Shown piece after piece: positions 45,748 to 59,739 of a stretch of 64,000 bases of DNA. How positions within the stretch are numbered: position 1 is the first letter of the stretch; each line of letters begins with the position of its first letter. The notes below the pieces were generated by a model. It did not search any database and was not told where the DNA came from. It was given only the letters and a program-made list of their open reading frames with translations. Source of the stretch: Eledone cirrhosa (lineage: Eukaryota). The stretch spans positions 28,396,001 through 28,460,000 of the forward strand of contig OZ024763.1 of NCBI GenBank assembly GCA_964016885.1. Direction: 5' to 3'. Position numbers and translations under genes: made by a program.

Positions 45748-46870
45748 AAAAAGCCATGAACGCCACTACATCGAGTTTTCAACCGAACAAAATATAGTTT
45801 TATAAATATTAATTTTCAGAACGAATTCGTATAGTCCCTATAATTTTCACAAACGCAAAGTTTTTGCATCAATTTTTGCGTTTAAGTCAGGCAAGAGTTA
45901 TGTTTCTTGGCAAAAATTTCAAGTTTGTTTACAAAAAAAATCCTTTTGTTTAAAAAAGTTCGCCTGAATTTTGACCAAAGATTTTTCAATCTATTCACTT
46001 CCGGTTTCTGTATTTTTCATAAAAAACAACAATAAATATGCTAGAAATAGCATCAAAGCAACGCATATACACGTATACACACATAAATACATATGTTTAT
46101 TTATTTATTATGAGTACAAATTAAAGTTTAAGTAGAGAATTGCTGCTTTCAACTTGTTACGGGATCGTCTGAAACAATAGTTTATTTGAATTACTTCCGA
46201 ACAAAATGTAGTTTTATAAATATTAATTTTCAATACGAATTCGTACATTCTCTCTGGCCCAGTGGTCTGTATTAGAAACGGTGAAATCCTCGTCTAGGGT
46301 TCAATATCTATCTGGTCATACATTATGGGTATTATTAATTTTTACTTTACCACTTCTAAAATAAAAACCATTAAAAAGTAAGTTTATAAATATTAATTTT
46401 CACTCCGATTTCATAACCGTCCCAGTGGTCTAGTGGTAGACATTAGAGACAGTGGTGATATTGATTAGGGGTTCGATCTCTGTCAGGTGTACATGAAAAC
46501 CTTGTACAGAAATTTTGTTTTTATAAAAAATTGAAAAAGTAGGTTTATAAATATTAATTTTCAGTAAGTTTTATAACTGCCTCCGTAGACTAGTGGTAAG
46601 TATTAGAGGTGGTGAAGATACTAGTCTGGAGTTCGATCTCAGTCAGATTTCTGCAACTGCTATTTTTTGTTTATTTTATGAAAAACTAAAAAAATTAAAT
46701 TTCTTTAGAAATTCCTGACTGAGATTGAACCCCAGACCAGCATCACCACTGTCCCAACACCTACCAATATGCTACGAAGACAACTACAAAAATACTATCA
46801 AAATTAAAATTTATAAACCTACTTTCTATTTAAAAGAAAAATTGATGTAGTGGCCTTCATGGCTTTCCCA
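45748..46870. mobile_element. foldback/TIR-like element containing tRNA-like subrepeats
   Basis: AAAGCCATGAACGCCACTACATC..TTTATAAATATTAATTT (45750-45815) is inverted at 46800-46868. Confidence 0.55.
46251..46782. pseudogene. cluster of four tRNA-Glu-like pseudogenes or SINE heads (three on +, one on -)
   Basis: 46420-46490 reads TCCCAGTGGTCTAGTGGTAG..GGGGTTCGATCTCTGTCAGG. Similar copies at 46251 and 46579, and inverted at 46711-46782. The acceptor and anticodon stems do not pair properly. Confidence 0.6.
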
Positions 46871-49800
46871 ATGATATTAATTCAAAATGGTTCACTTTCA
46901 TCTTTATTCTTCGCGAGCTTCCGTAAAATATACCTTATTTCTCTAGGGTTGATTTCATCCTACAACCTGATGATCTGCAGGGACATTCATGAATGGTCAT
47001 ACCTGATTATATATATATATATATGTGTGCGTGTGTGTTATATTTGATCCTGCAATGTTGTGCTCAGCAATAATGGTTTTCAATTCCGTCTTCCCTCCAT
47101 CCTTCGTGTGTATATAAATCTATATATGTGATTTCAACGTACAACGACGATATATACATCATTTTTGTTTGATAATAATTAGATAAAACTAATTCTACAA
47201 CCCCTGATAAACATTGAAACCACGACTATAAAATATAACAACAACGACGACATAACAGTTTTGGTTAAATATAAAATTAAATTATTGCTAGAGATTGATC
47301 CCTAATATTTTATCCCACTCCTTAACCAGGGAAAAAAATGTCCTCGGACTCGGACAATATTGATAAGGAGAGAGTGTATCCATACTTGGCAAGTTTTCCA
47401 GTTAACATGGTATATAAAAGGCAGTAAGAGGTGACCATCACTGTTGTTGTGTACTTGTCACGCCTACGAACGACATTGTCAGTTAGCCTTCTATAGCGAG
47501 GAAACAAGGCCGTGGTTTCTTTCTCCTATCACAAAACACATACATTTGTTATTCTTTAGATATCAATTTACAAGAGAAAGAAAAAATTGAGAGCTTCAGT
47601 CTTTTAAAAGTAACATTTATTACATTAGAGCAGAATCTTGAATTAACGATAGTTTGTGACACTAAACAGGGAAACAATACGAACAATTTTGAGACAAGCT
47701 AATTACTATGAGAAGGACAAATGTATCTATCTTCCACGCCAACACATTTCTAAAGAAAACTGAAATGAGAAATTGACTGAAATGGAATAATTATTGAGAC
47801 ACCTTATAATATTTTTCGGGATATGTCTTACCTTATTTTGAAGAAATGTTTCGGGGAAAGAGTTAATAAGCAGCTATATATATACATGGCTTGTATATAT
47901 ATCTACTTTAATTATTATATTTGTACAACGAAGGTATAAAAAGGAAACCCGTTTTGGTATCGAATGTTGAGCAAAAACGAGCTTCTTATACCCCTCAAAG
48001 AAGAATTGTGAATATGTATGAATATCAATTGAAAGATGACTAACCATGTTGAAGCAAAACAGCGAGGCGGATAATAGAAATAATAAAACATTCTTTTTCC
48101 TAGCTAAATGCTGAAAAATCTAAAACTCTAGATGAATATGTGTGATACCCCTGAGAATATTGTTTTGGGCCATGGTCAACTGACGTCCGAAAAAACGGTG
48201 AGGCTCTTGAAGCAACCCAGAGAAGAAGAAAACAGAAGACACTAGAATTATTTAGGGATCTGTCTCGTGAAGGAAGATGAGAAAAATCTTAGGTGAGACA
48301 AGACAAAAATATAAAGACTATTTAAATATTAGTACACTATTCCATATAAATACCAAGACTTGAAAATATCAACATTAGTTCACTATACCAAGTACAAACA
48401 CTTTGATTAATCTCTTCCAAAGTTGTAATTCTAACAAGTGACATGATAGAAATATTTAAAATAATGAAAGGACTTCAAAATACAGAATTGGGGAAGAAAA
48501 TGTAAATATAAGAAGAGATGACGATTGTTCTGAGGATGAAAAAATACAAAAAAAAGGTTTCTTACATTTATTCCAGGTATTTAGAAAGTTATCCAGTTCG
48601 TAAAATAATACAATAAGGAAACGCCACCATCCAGTAAACCTCAGTAATAATCCAATATCGTGGCAGCCGCCACTTACAGTAGAAAATAGTAAGAAAAATA
48701 AGTCATTCAGCAGTAATTGCAGTGTAAACAAACAATAAAAATTTCTTACTTTCAATAATTCTTTTTCTTAATTAAACACTTAATTTATTTCAAATTTGTC
48801 GTATACTGTTTGGCAAATGTCAAGTGATTGATAGGGAGAAGCCGATCGATTAAATGGAACCTATAAAATGACTGGTACTCTATTTTTCTGCTATAAAATT
48901 GTAAATTAATATCCACCGAGAACACAAAGGTGGTGTAATATCATTTAAAAATTAGAAATTGAATTATAAATGTATGTTCAGTGTGTAACGGGGTTCAATA
49001 TTTAGCTGGGGATATATTATTTCTTGTACCAGTAGCGATCTGGGATCGAAACCATTGTTATTCGGACGAAATAATTATACAAGCTTAGCGCAATCTAGTT
49101 GGAGTTACGGGACATTACTGCAAAACACATCACTGTAGGTTCCAATCTTACATTGGTAAATATATAAAAGTGACATTTAACAATTTATTTGTAAGTCGCA
49201 CACAGGATTTAGGTATGGCAGATTTGAAATTAGTGAACATTATTGTAGACGAAGTCATTGTAGGTTCAAATCAATACTAGGGCGTTAAGAAATAAAATGA
49301 ATATTTACTTCATGAAAGACCCTGAATTATGAAAGACAAAGTCGACTCTTTCTAATAACAGCATCACTAAGAAAAGCAAGAACGTTACCACTTCAATTAA
49401 TCTTCCAAAATCAAAAGTAAGTTTATAAATATTAATTTGAAGCTGTCTCTGTAGCACCGACTAGCCGACATCCAGTGATGTCCTTCAACTGTCATACCTT
49501 AGTGAGTAGATGGCTGCCTGGAAATATTGTTTCTAAACAGGCAGCTTGTGTTGTGTGTGCAATAATGGGATCAGATTCAAGAACTCAACGTCAAGTGTAT
49601 CGTTGCAAACACGATACGGTAATATATGTTCTTTTCATCAGCTTCGTTTTTTATTTATAAACGTTTATGTAGGTACGTGTACGAATGTGTAAGCTTGTGT
49701 GTACATAAGTATTTATAATAAAGTCGTCCCCCTCACTTTATTATTACAACTACTACTATTAATAATTTTAACACTATCATTATTATTATTTTCACGTCTC

Positions 49801-52354
49801 TTATCATCAACACTTGCTATGGCTTTCCCTCTTACATGTGAGATACACGGTTTGTTTATTAATCAACATTTACTCGAAGATGTGTGTCGGGACATCGGGC
49901 GTAATACTTAGTCTTAACTTGAGGACACCGTACACCCCTATATATATATATGTTTATCCCGGGTTCAATCGGCGGTAACCACAGTAAGTAAGGTACTCAT
50001 TACATAGCAGATTATAAATACTTAATAAATAAAATTTAAAATAGAAATGGCTTCTACAGGACTAGAACTATTTCATTCGGAAAAATCATCAGGAAAGCCC
50101 TTGATTTCTTCCGAATGAAACCGTTCTAGTCCTGCAGGAGCCACACACGCACACAGATGTATATATATGTATGTATGTATGTATGTATATAATTATGTAT
50201 GTATATAAATATATATTTGTGTTTGTATTCATAAGCCCAAGTGTCTATGATGATAAGGTCCCCCTATCTTTGTATATTTATATGTTGATGTCTATTTCCA
50301 CATGGCATCTCTGGTCTTCGATGTTGTCACCGCCTGCTTTACGTAGCATCTTAACTATCTAGTATTTATTCAGAGAGGTTCTCCCTTCATATCGCAAATA
50401 TTCCTTTCTGACTCACTGAAAACTTGTCTTCCATCATCGAGTAAAAGTGATCTACATAAAGGATCTGTCTGATGTTGCTATGTATGTATGTAGGGACGTA
50501 TAGCTTGCGAGGGACTCTTGGTGACCCCACGTTGATATTCGGGGTGTCTTGGGCTTTTTGTAAAAGCTGACTGATCCCATCTCTACCCTAGATCTGATCA
50601 CAGGAGATATTTACCAGAGAAGGAGAGAATGTAGGAGAAAGGAAGTAAGAAAGAGATATAGAAGAATAATCGACCCCAGTACTACACTGGTACTTCGCTT
50701 TATCTACCTCGAATGGTGCTATAGTGGAACATTAACTTTGATGTACCTATATAAGTCATACCTTTTCTATACGTCTGTGTATGTACAGGTGTGTGTATGT
50801 AAGTGTACGTGGCGTTGCAAGTTCGGTTTTCATAAGTATCTCTGTGAAATTTTAACAAGAGCAAGCATGTGTCCTGATGGTTAGTCAATCGTTTTTAAGC
50901 TGGTATATGGTATGTGTTTTTAATATGTATGTATATTTACATAGAAGTGAGTAAATATGAATGTATGGGTATGTATATATATATATATATATATATAGAC
51001 AGTCGATCGACCTTCGTCAGATCGGACGGACGAAACAATGTTTCCAATGGTCTTTCCAATTGCCAATAATATCTTTCGGTCGAAACTCCAGGTGGAAATA
51101 AGTAAATAAATTAATCAGTATATATATATATATATATATTAAAATATATATATAATAAAACAAGGACGAATGGGTACACCTTCATTACGTTTATTGGTTC
51201 GTGGCGCGCGTTTCGCTATTCATCAGCTTAAGGTTCGTTCTGTATCGATCTAGCCCGCCCCTGTAATCAATAACTTGTATATATATGTGTGTGTATGTAT
51301 ATATGAAATCGCCCATGGGACACCCTGGGGTAATATAAATATACAGAGTGTGGGGTTAGCTGTTTTTAAATGATTACCCCTCCTCATATTCCCTTGTTTA
51401 TATACTGTATTGTAATACATGGCAACCTTAATACTTAATAATATCGAGATGAAAATATATATGTTAACACAGTATTCCAGAAGTAAAATAGAGATCTAAT
51501 GAGAGGAGATGAGTATTATAACTTTTATAAGAAATAAAGATCTAAAGACGAGTGAAAACTTTCATCAACGAAATCGTAATGTACACCAACGAAAATATAT
51601 GTCTACAGAATACAGATTAGTAAAATAAAATGAGAGGTCACTTAACTTTACATGTTTAGTTTTATTTATATCGTGAAAAATGTTGATCTTCAGATATTAA
51701 ATTGTGGATGTGATTGTCTTTGTCTTTACGTGTTTGTTCGAAATCCTTTTTTAATCTTTGTCTTTCTTTAAACATTGTCTTTTTTTAAAAATTAATTTTA
51801 GATTATTCGTACCTCATCTCTGTCGTCTCTTTGATGGAGTCTACCTCTCCTGTTTATTGCTTTTATTTTAAAAGTAATCCATTGGAACATCAGATATTAA
51901 ATGAAATGTTAGGTAAAATACACACCTTATGTTTATTCCAGGTATTTAGAGAGCTGTCCACTGACAACAAAATAATGCAATAAGGAAATGCCATCATACA
52001 GTAAAACTTGGTAATAATCCAATCTCATCACAGTCACCATTTACAGTAAACAATGGTAAGAACAAACAAAAACAAACACAAGAGAACTATTCAGCAGTTA
52101 ATGAAGTGAATATATAAAATTTAAAAAAACATTCCTGAATAAAATAAATTTTTTACTTTCATTAAATTGTTTCTTTACTTTCTTTTATAAATACATATGT
52201 TTATTTATTTATTATGAGTACAAATTAAAGTTTAAGCAAAGAATCACTGCTTTCAACTTGTTACGGGATCGTCAGAAACAATAGTTTATTTGAATTACTT
52301 CCGAACAAAATGTAGTTTTATAAATATTAATTTTCAATACGCATTCGTATATTC

Positions 52355-52878
52355 TCTCTGGCCCAGTGCTATGTATTAGAAATGGTGAAATCCTGGTCTC
52401 GGGTTCAATCTCTATCTGGTTCTACATTATGGGTATTTTTAGTTTACCTCTTCTAAAATAAAAACCATTAAAAAGTAAGTTTATAAATATTAATTTTCAC
52501 TACGATTTCATAAATCCCAATGGTCTAGTGGTATACATTAGAGACAGTGGTGATATTGATTAGGGGTTCGATCTATGTCAGGTGTACATGAAAACCTTGT
52601 ACAGAAATTTTGTTTTTATAAAAAATTGAAAAAGTACATTTATAAATATTAATTTTCAGTAAGTTTTTATAACCGCCTCCGTAGACTAGTGGTAAGTATT
52701 AGAGGTGATGGAGATGCTGGTCTGGGGTTCGATCTCAGTCAGATTCCTGCAACCTCTATTTTTCGTTCATTTTATGAAAAATTAAAAAAAATTAAATTCT
52801 CGAGAGATTCCTGACTGAGATTGAACCCCAGACCAGCATCACCACTGTCCCAACACCTACCAATATGCTACCAAGACA
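52355..52878. pseudogene. paralogous cluster of tRNA-like repeats in unit B
   Basis: Same four elements at about 52355, 52515, 52675 and, inverted, 52806-52878. Confidence 0.6.
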
Positions 52879-53100
52879 ACTACAAAAATACTATCAAAAT
52901 TAAAATTTATAAACCTACTTTCTATTTAAAAGAAAAATTGATGTAGTGGCCTTCATGGCTTTCCCAATGATATTAATTCAAAATGGTTCACTTTCATTCT
53001 TCTCAAGCTTCCATAAAATATACCTTATCATTTCTCTAGGGTTGATTTCATCCTACAACCTGATGATCTGCAGGGACATTCATCAATGGTCATACCTGAT

Positions 53101-53131
<31 letters not shown>

Positions 53132-55056
53132 TATATTTGATCCTGCAATGTTGTGCTCAGCAATAATGGTTTTCAATTCCGTCTTCCCTCCATCCTTGGT
53201 GTGTATATAAATCTATATATGTGATTTCAACGTACAACGACAATATATACATAATTTTTATTTGATAATAATTGGATAAAACTAATTCTACAACCCCTGA
53301 TAAACATTGAAACCACGACTATAAAATATAACAACAACCACGACATAACAGATTTGGTTAAATATAATTTAATTAAATTATTGCTAGAGATTGATCCCTA
53401 ATATTTTATCTCACTCCTTAACCAGGGAGAAAATGTCCTCGGACTCGGACAATATTGATAAGGGGAGAGTGTATCCATACTTGGAAAGTCGTTCCAGTTA
53501 ACATGGTATATAAAAGGCAGTAAGAGGTGACTTGTTACTCCTACGAACGACATTGTCAGTTAGCCTTCTATAGCGAGGGAAGAAGGCTGTGTGTTTTTTC
53601 TCCTATCACATACATTTGTCATTCATTAGATATCAAAATAGAAGAGAAAGAAAAAATTGAGAGCTTCACTCTTTTAAAAGTAACATTTATTACATTAGAG
53701 CAAAATCATGAATTAACGATAGTTTGTGACACTAAACATGGAAACACTGCGAACAATTTTGAGACAAGCTAATTACTATGAGGACAAATCTTCAACGCCA
53801 AGATATTTCTAAAGAAAACTGAAATGAGAAATTGATTGAAATGGAATAATTATTGAGACACCTTACAATATTTTTCGGGATATGTCTTACCTTATTTTGA
53901 AAAAATAAATGTTTCGGGAAAGAGTTAATAAGAAGCTATATATATATACATTGCTTATATATATATATATACTTTAATTATTATATTTGTACAACGAATT
54001 TATAAAGAGGAAGCATGATTTGGTATCGAATGTGGAGCAAAAAACGAGCTTCTTATACCCCTCACAGAAGAATTGTGAATATGTATGAATATGAATTGAA
54101 AGATGGCTAACCATGTTGAAGCAAAAGAGGGAGACGGATAATAGAAATAATAAAACATTCTGTTCCCTAGCTAATTGCTGAAAAATCTAAAACTCTAGAT
54201 GAATATGTATGATACCACTGAGAAAATTGTCAACCGACATCCGTAAAAACGGTAAGGCTCTTGAAGCAACCAAGAGAAGAAGAAAACAGAAAACACTATA
54301 ATTATTTAAGGATCTATCTTGTGAAAGAAATGTGAACTTTTGTAAATTTAGAGGAGATAAATCTTAGGGGAGCAGGATAAAAATATAAAGACTATTTAAA
54401 TATTAGTACACTATTCCATATAAATGTCAACACTTGAAAATATCAACATTAGTTCACTATACCAAGGACAAACACTTAAAATTACAACTTTGGAGCAGAT
54501 TAATCAAACGAGTGACATGATAGAAATATTTAAAATAATGAAAGCACTTCAAAATACAGAATTGGGGAAGAAAATGAAAATTAATAGATATATAAACCTA
54601 CTTTCTATTTTCGAAGCTTAATTGACGTGGTGGCGTTCATACCCTTCTCAGTCTTATTAATACCGCAAAGGTGTCAACATGTCTTTTACTATTCTGTAGT
54701 TTTTTCAGAAAATATATCATGATTTTATTTTTATCTCTTTTGGTTTGATTTGAAGCTATAACCATCTGATGTCCTTCAACTGTCATACCTCAGTGTCTAG
54801 ATGGTGGCCTGGCTTGATGGTTTCTAAACAGATAGCCCTTTAAACTTGTGTTGCGTATGCAATAATCGTATCAGCAAATGATGATGGGACCATGTTGAAG
54901 CAACGTTATGTGCATCCTTCCAAATTCGATATGGTAAGCTATGTTCTTTTTATCAGCTTCGGCTTTTATTTATAAACGTTTATGTACGTACGAGTCTAGA
55001 TAAGCGTACGTATGTATACCGGTTTAAGCTTGTGTGTATATAAGTATTTATAATAA

Positions 55057-55340
55057 TTGTTTCTACGTTTGGCACAGGCCAGCAATTACCCAGTACATTA
55101 CTGGTACTTTCTTTTATCGACCCTGTAAGGATGAAAGGCAAAGTTAACCTCGGCGGGATTTGAACTCAGAATGGCAAGGGCCGTAACTCTATACGTCAAA
55201 GCATGGCGTCCGACCCTCTACTGATACTGCCAATCCACCGCCCTCTAAAAAAACGCCTTTCATCCTTACGGGGTCGATAAACTAAAGTACCAGTAATGTA
55301 CTGGGTAATTGCTGGCCTTGTGCCTAAAGTAGAAACAATT
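55057..55340. mobile_element. head-to-head SINE composite insertion with a 17-bp TSD
   Basis: Full SINE on - (55057-55243) plus a 3' fragment on + (55255-55340). ATAAGTATTTATAATAA at 55040-56 and 55341-57, but a single copy at the paralogous site 49705-21. Confidence 0.85.
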
Positions 55341-55606
55341 ATAAGTATTTATAATAATGTTGTCCTCCCCACTTTATTGTGGCAACTACTACTATTAATA
55401 ATTTTAACAATATTTTTATTATTAATTCCACACGTCTCTTATCCTCAACACTTGCTATGGCTTTCCCTCTTACATGTGATATATATACTTACTATATATT
55501 TACTAATCAACATTTAATGGAAGGTGTAGAGATGTGTGACGGGACATCTGGCGGAATCCTTAGTGGCGACATGAGAACTCCGTACACCTGTGCACCCGTA
55601 TATATT

Positions 55607-55646
<40 letters not shown>

Positions 55647-56334
55647 CATAAGCCCAAATGTCTATGATTATAAGGTAACCCTATGTGTGTTATGTCGATG
55701 TCCATTTCCACATGGCATCTCTGGTCTTCGATGTTGTCGCCGCCTGCTTTACGTAGCATCTGAACTATCTAATATTTATTCAGAGAGGTTCTCCCGTCAT
55801 ATCGCAAATATTCCTTTCTGACTCACGGAATACTTGTCTAGCAATATCGAGTGAAAGATATAAAAGATATCTCTGATGTTTCTATGTATGTATGTATGTA
55901 GGGACCTATAACTTGTGAGGGAGTTGTAGAGGTCCCACATTAAAATTCGGGGTGTTCGGGGTATTTTGTATAAGGTGACAGATCCGATCTCTACCCCAGA
56001 TAGGTTATGTTTTCCTGAGACGGATATAGAGTGAGAGAAAGGAATTAAGAGATATAGAAGAATTGACCCCAGTACTACACTGCTACTTCGTTCTAACTAC
56101 CTCGAATGGTTCAATAGTGGAACAAAATCTTTGATGTACCTATATAAGTCAGACCAGTTCTATTTGTATGTTTATGTACATATCTGTTTCCGTCAGTGTA
56201 CGTAGAGTAGCAAGTTCGGTTTTCACATGAGCAAGCAAAGCATGTGTCCTGATGGTTTGTCAATCGTTATTATGCTGGTATATATGTGTTTTTAATATAT
56301 ATGTGTGAGTATTTGCATAGAAGTGTTTATGCAT

Positions 56335-56390
<56 letters not shown>

Positions 56391-56874
56391 GAGAAGATAT
56401 GTATCATAAGAAAAGAGGAGACAAAAAAGTGTGGTACAGTATACTAGACGCCAATAGCCGAAGCGAGGTGTGCTCAATGCTTAAGGTGCAGAGTTAAATA
56501 TTAAAGAAGGGTTATTATTTAATCAATATATATATGTGTACGTATATATGAAATCGCCCAGGTTGGGAAACCCTGGGGTAAGCTAAATTAAGATGGAGTT
56601 GAGAGATCAGTTTTTAAATAATTATCCCTTCCCTACTTCCCCTTGTCTGTAGACTGTATTCTAAATATTATATAACAACCTTAATACTTAATAATATAGA
56701 CATGAAAATATAAATGTTAATACAGTATTCCAGAAGTAAAATATAGATCTAATGGGAAGAGGTGAGATTAAAGGTAAATGACACCTCTCATTTGCAATAT
56801 TTTTATTGTATTGTTGTAGCTAAGTATTATAGATGATTTAAATTTTATAATTTAAATTGTATAAAAAGAAATAT

Positions 56875-57066
56875 CATTGTTTCTACTTTTGGCACAAGGC
56901 CAGCAATTATCCCAGTGCATGACTGATACTTTATTTTATCGACGCCGTAAGGATGAAAGGTTAAGTTAACCTCAGCGGGATTTGAACTCAGAGCGTAAAG
57001 GGCCGTGACTCTATGCTGCAAAGCATGGTGTCCGACTCTCTACTGATACTGCCAATCTACCGCCCT
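56875..57066 (-). mobile_element. tRNA-derived SINE, same family as 3713-3930
   Basis: Reverse complement of the family from head (GGGCGGTAGATTGGCAG) to tail. Confidence 0.85.
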
Positions 57067-58021
57067 TAAAATTGTATTATATTTCTTATAAAAAGAAATA
57101 TAATACAATATTTACAGAACGAAAGCACAAACAAATATATAATATAATATAATATAAAGGAAAGGGAAAGGAAAAACAAAAGAAAAAAAAACACAGAAGG
57201 TAGATGTTTCGACAGCTAGATCCGAACTAATTTGTTTGCAACGTTTTTTTTATATGAAATCGTATGTCGAAACAAATTATATTTGGGAAGGGTCATATTG
57301 TTATAGTATTGCCAGAAATATATAATAAAACAGTTTGGGTTGGGTTGGTTTTGGCTTCCGTATATTCTTACATCCCTATAGTTAATTTAGCTGGCAATCA
57401 ATGTTTATCATTGATTGACCAACTGTTTATATATATATATATTTATTTATAGTCTGAAATCTTTCATCACACACTTGTGACATCATCAGTGATATTATTG
57501 TTTCCTCCCGTTGTATTGTAATGTTTACTTATTCAATTGTTTATTTATTTGTCTCGATTTCCGAATGTGTTTCTATGCGCGTTTTCTGTTTGGTTTGTGT
57601 TCGTGTTTGTATTCTATCTTTGGTCACTAGTGTGTATTTGTATGGTTGTTGTTGTTCCATTCAAGTTTTCTGTTCTACTTCGGTTTTCTTGGTTCTATTT
57701 CAGTTGCTTCCCTAATTCAGGGATTTTATAGTAGATCCTGGCTTTTCTACCACTTTAATCTTTCTTATGGCCTTTGATTGGTTGTTGTACCATCATTACA
57801 ATACAACAGGAAGAAACAATAGTATCACTGATCTCACAGGTGCGTGACGAAAGAACTCTGGGAGACTATGTATATATATATAAAACTGTTGGTCAATCAA
57901 TAAAACATTGATTGCTAGTTAAATTAACTATAGGGATAGATATAAAATATATGGAAGTGAAATCCAACCCAAACCAAAAAGTGAGTTTTATTATTTCTGG
58001 CAATATAATAATATCCCCCAC

Positions 58022-58065
<44 letters not shown>

Positions 58066-58294
58066 GTGGGGGATATTATTATATTTCCAGAAATAATAAA
58101 ACTCACTTTTATATATATATATATATATATATAGTAATAATAATAAATTTGAAGACTAAAATCCAAAGAGGGCTCGATAAGGATAAATATATATCAAATA
58201 TATAAGAACCGTAGAGCAAATATTTATTAAAATAACAGATCCCGTTCAGGGTGAAAGCAGCGATTCTTTGCTTAAACTTTAATCTGTTATTTTA

Positions 58295-58340
<46 letters not shown>

Positions 58341-59088
58341 GTATGTATATGTATTCCCCATTTCTCTTTTTCTATTTATCATCTATTTATTTTTGAAATA
58401 ACTTTTTATAGTAATGGGCTAGAATGGTTTGACGTTGTACCTCTGTAGTTAGACGACTTAGATTTTCCATGCATTATGGCGTGAAACGACTGAGAGTACA
58501 AGACTCCACCCTGGACAGGGCGCCAGTCCATCGCAGGGTTAAACCCCCATCTATTGTTGGTACTCATTTTCAGCTGAGTTTACTGGAGCAACGTGAAATG
58601 AAGTGTTTTGCTCAAGAACACAACACAGAACCCAGGAATCGAACCCACGATGTTATGATTGTAAGTCCAAGACCCTTACCACTAGACCACGCGCCTCGAC
58701 ACACACACACACACGTTACCCTTCTACAACTACACGCATACTGATATCCCCTCCTGTTCAAAAGCCCCCACACTATCTCCATGTTAACCCCCCACACACA
58801 CACTCTCGCCATGTTTGTCCCCCCATCACACACTCACATGTTTCCACCACCACCACACTATCTCCATGTTTGCCCCCCACCACACTCTCGCCATGTTTAC
58901 CCCCCCCGCCACCGCACTCTTCATGTTAGCCCCCCACATACACACACACCACACTCTTCATGTTAGCCATATTACCTGCACATTGTTGATGTTAACCCTA
59001 TATTCTCTAAATAAACCCCCACGCAAAAAATTACCCCCCTACTCACACACACACTGTTCATATAACAAATATTGTTTTAATTTTGTAG

Positions 59089-59274
59089 TGACCCAGTCCC
59101 GTCCTGGCAACCTTACAGAAGATGGGGACGTCATTGTTCTGGCTGACCACACCAATACCCAGCCATTTGCCCTCTGTCAACATAAACGTAAATATTATCT
59201 CTGAGATTGGTCTGGCTGTCTACCATCTCCAGTTTAAACTGACCGGAGATGGTAAACAACACTGTATATCTATG
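59089..59274 (+). pseudogene. exon E1 paralog
   Basis: 186 nt, same splice sites and same frame break as 18322-18507. Confidence 0.55.
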
Positions 59275-59342
59275 GTAAGTATTGATGGTTTATATTAAGG
59301 CTGTGTATATGTATGTTTGTGTGTGTGTTTGTGTGTATTTAA

Positions 59343-59561
59343 CACTTTAGCATTCACATTACTCTATATCTACTATTGTATTTTCACAGTAAAGACTTGA
59401 TCTCACATAATTATTCACATCGAATCTGAGATTTTGATGATGATATTATTTACTTTGAAAACAATACCTTAACATCAGTATGTGTGGCTAGTTACGGTCG
59501 GTTTGAACAGAAAGAGGTGAGAGAATTCTGGCCAGATATGGCCGGTTTAAATGCTAAAGGG
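59343..59561. mobile_element. piggyBac-type MITE (paralog)
   Basis: TTAA flanks, C.CTTTAGCATT / AATGCTAAAGGG. Confidence 0.8.
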
Positions 59562-59577
59562 TTAAACATGCGTATGT

Positions 59578-59611
<34 letters not shown>

Positions 59612-59701
59612 CCTCTCTGATGAGATGGGCTCCACCAGGTATATAAATGCCCAAGACACACTCTACATCTCTATGGCGCCCCGACTCCTCCAAGAGTTGG
59701 G

Positions 59702-59739
<38 letters not shown>

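Larger units (their letters stand above)
42593..56760. repeat. tandem triplication of a ~5.4-6.1-kb unit (A 42593-47998, B 47999-54064, C 54065-~56760, partial and more diverged)
   Basis: AGAAGAATTGTGAATATG..GAAGCAAAA at 42593, 47999 and 54066, with collinear blocks and different deletions in each unit. Confidence 0.9.

Noticed and set aside
46420-46490. Functional tRNA gene
   Set aside because: A and B boxes are present, but the acceptor and anticodon stems do not pair and the copies are mutually diverged.
55700-55830. Ankyrin-like minus-strand string YDGRTSL..IVQMLRKAGGD (also in units A and B)
   Set aside because: Wrong motif spacing and an in-frame stop in all copies, so likely chance.
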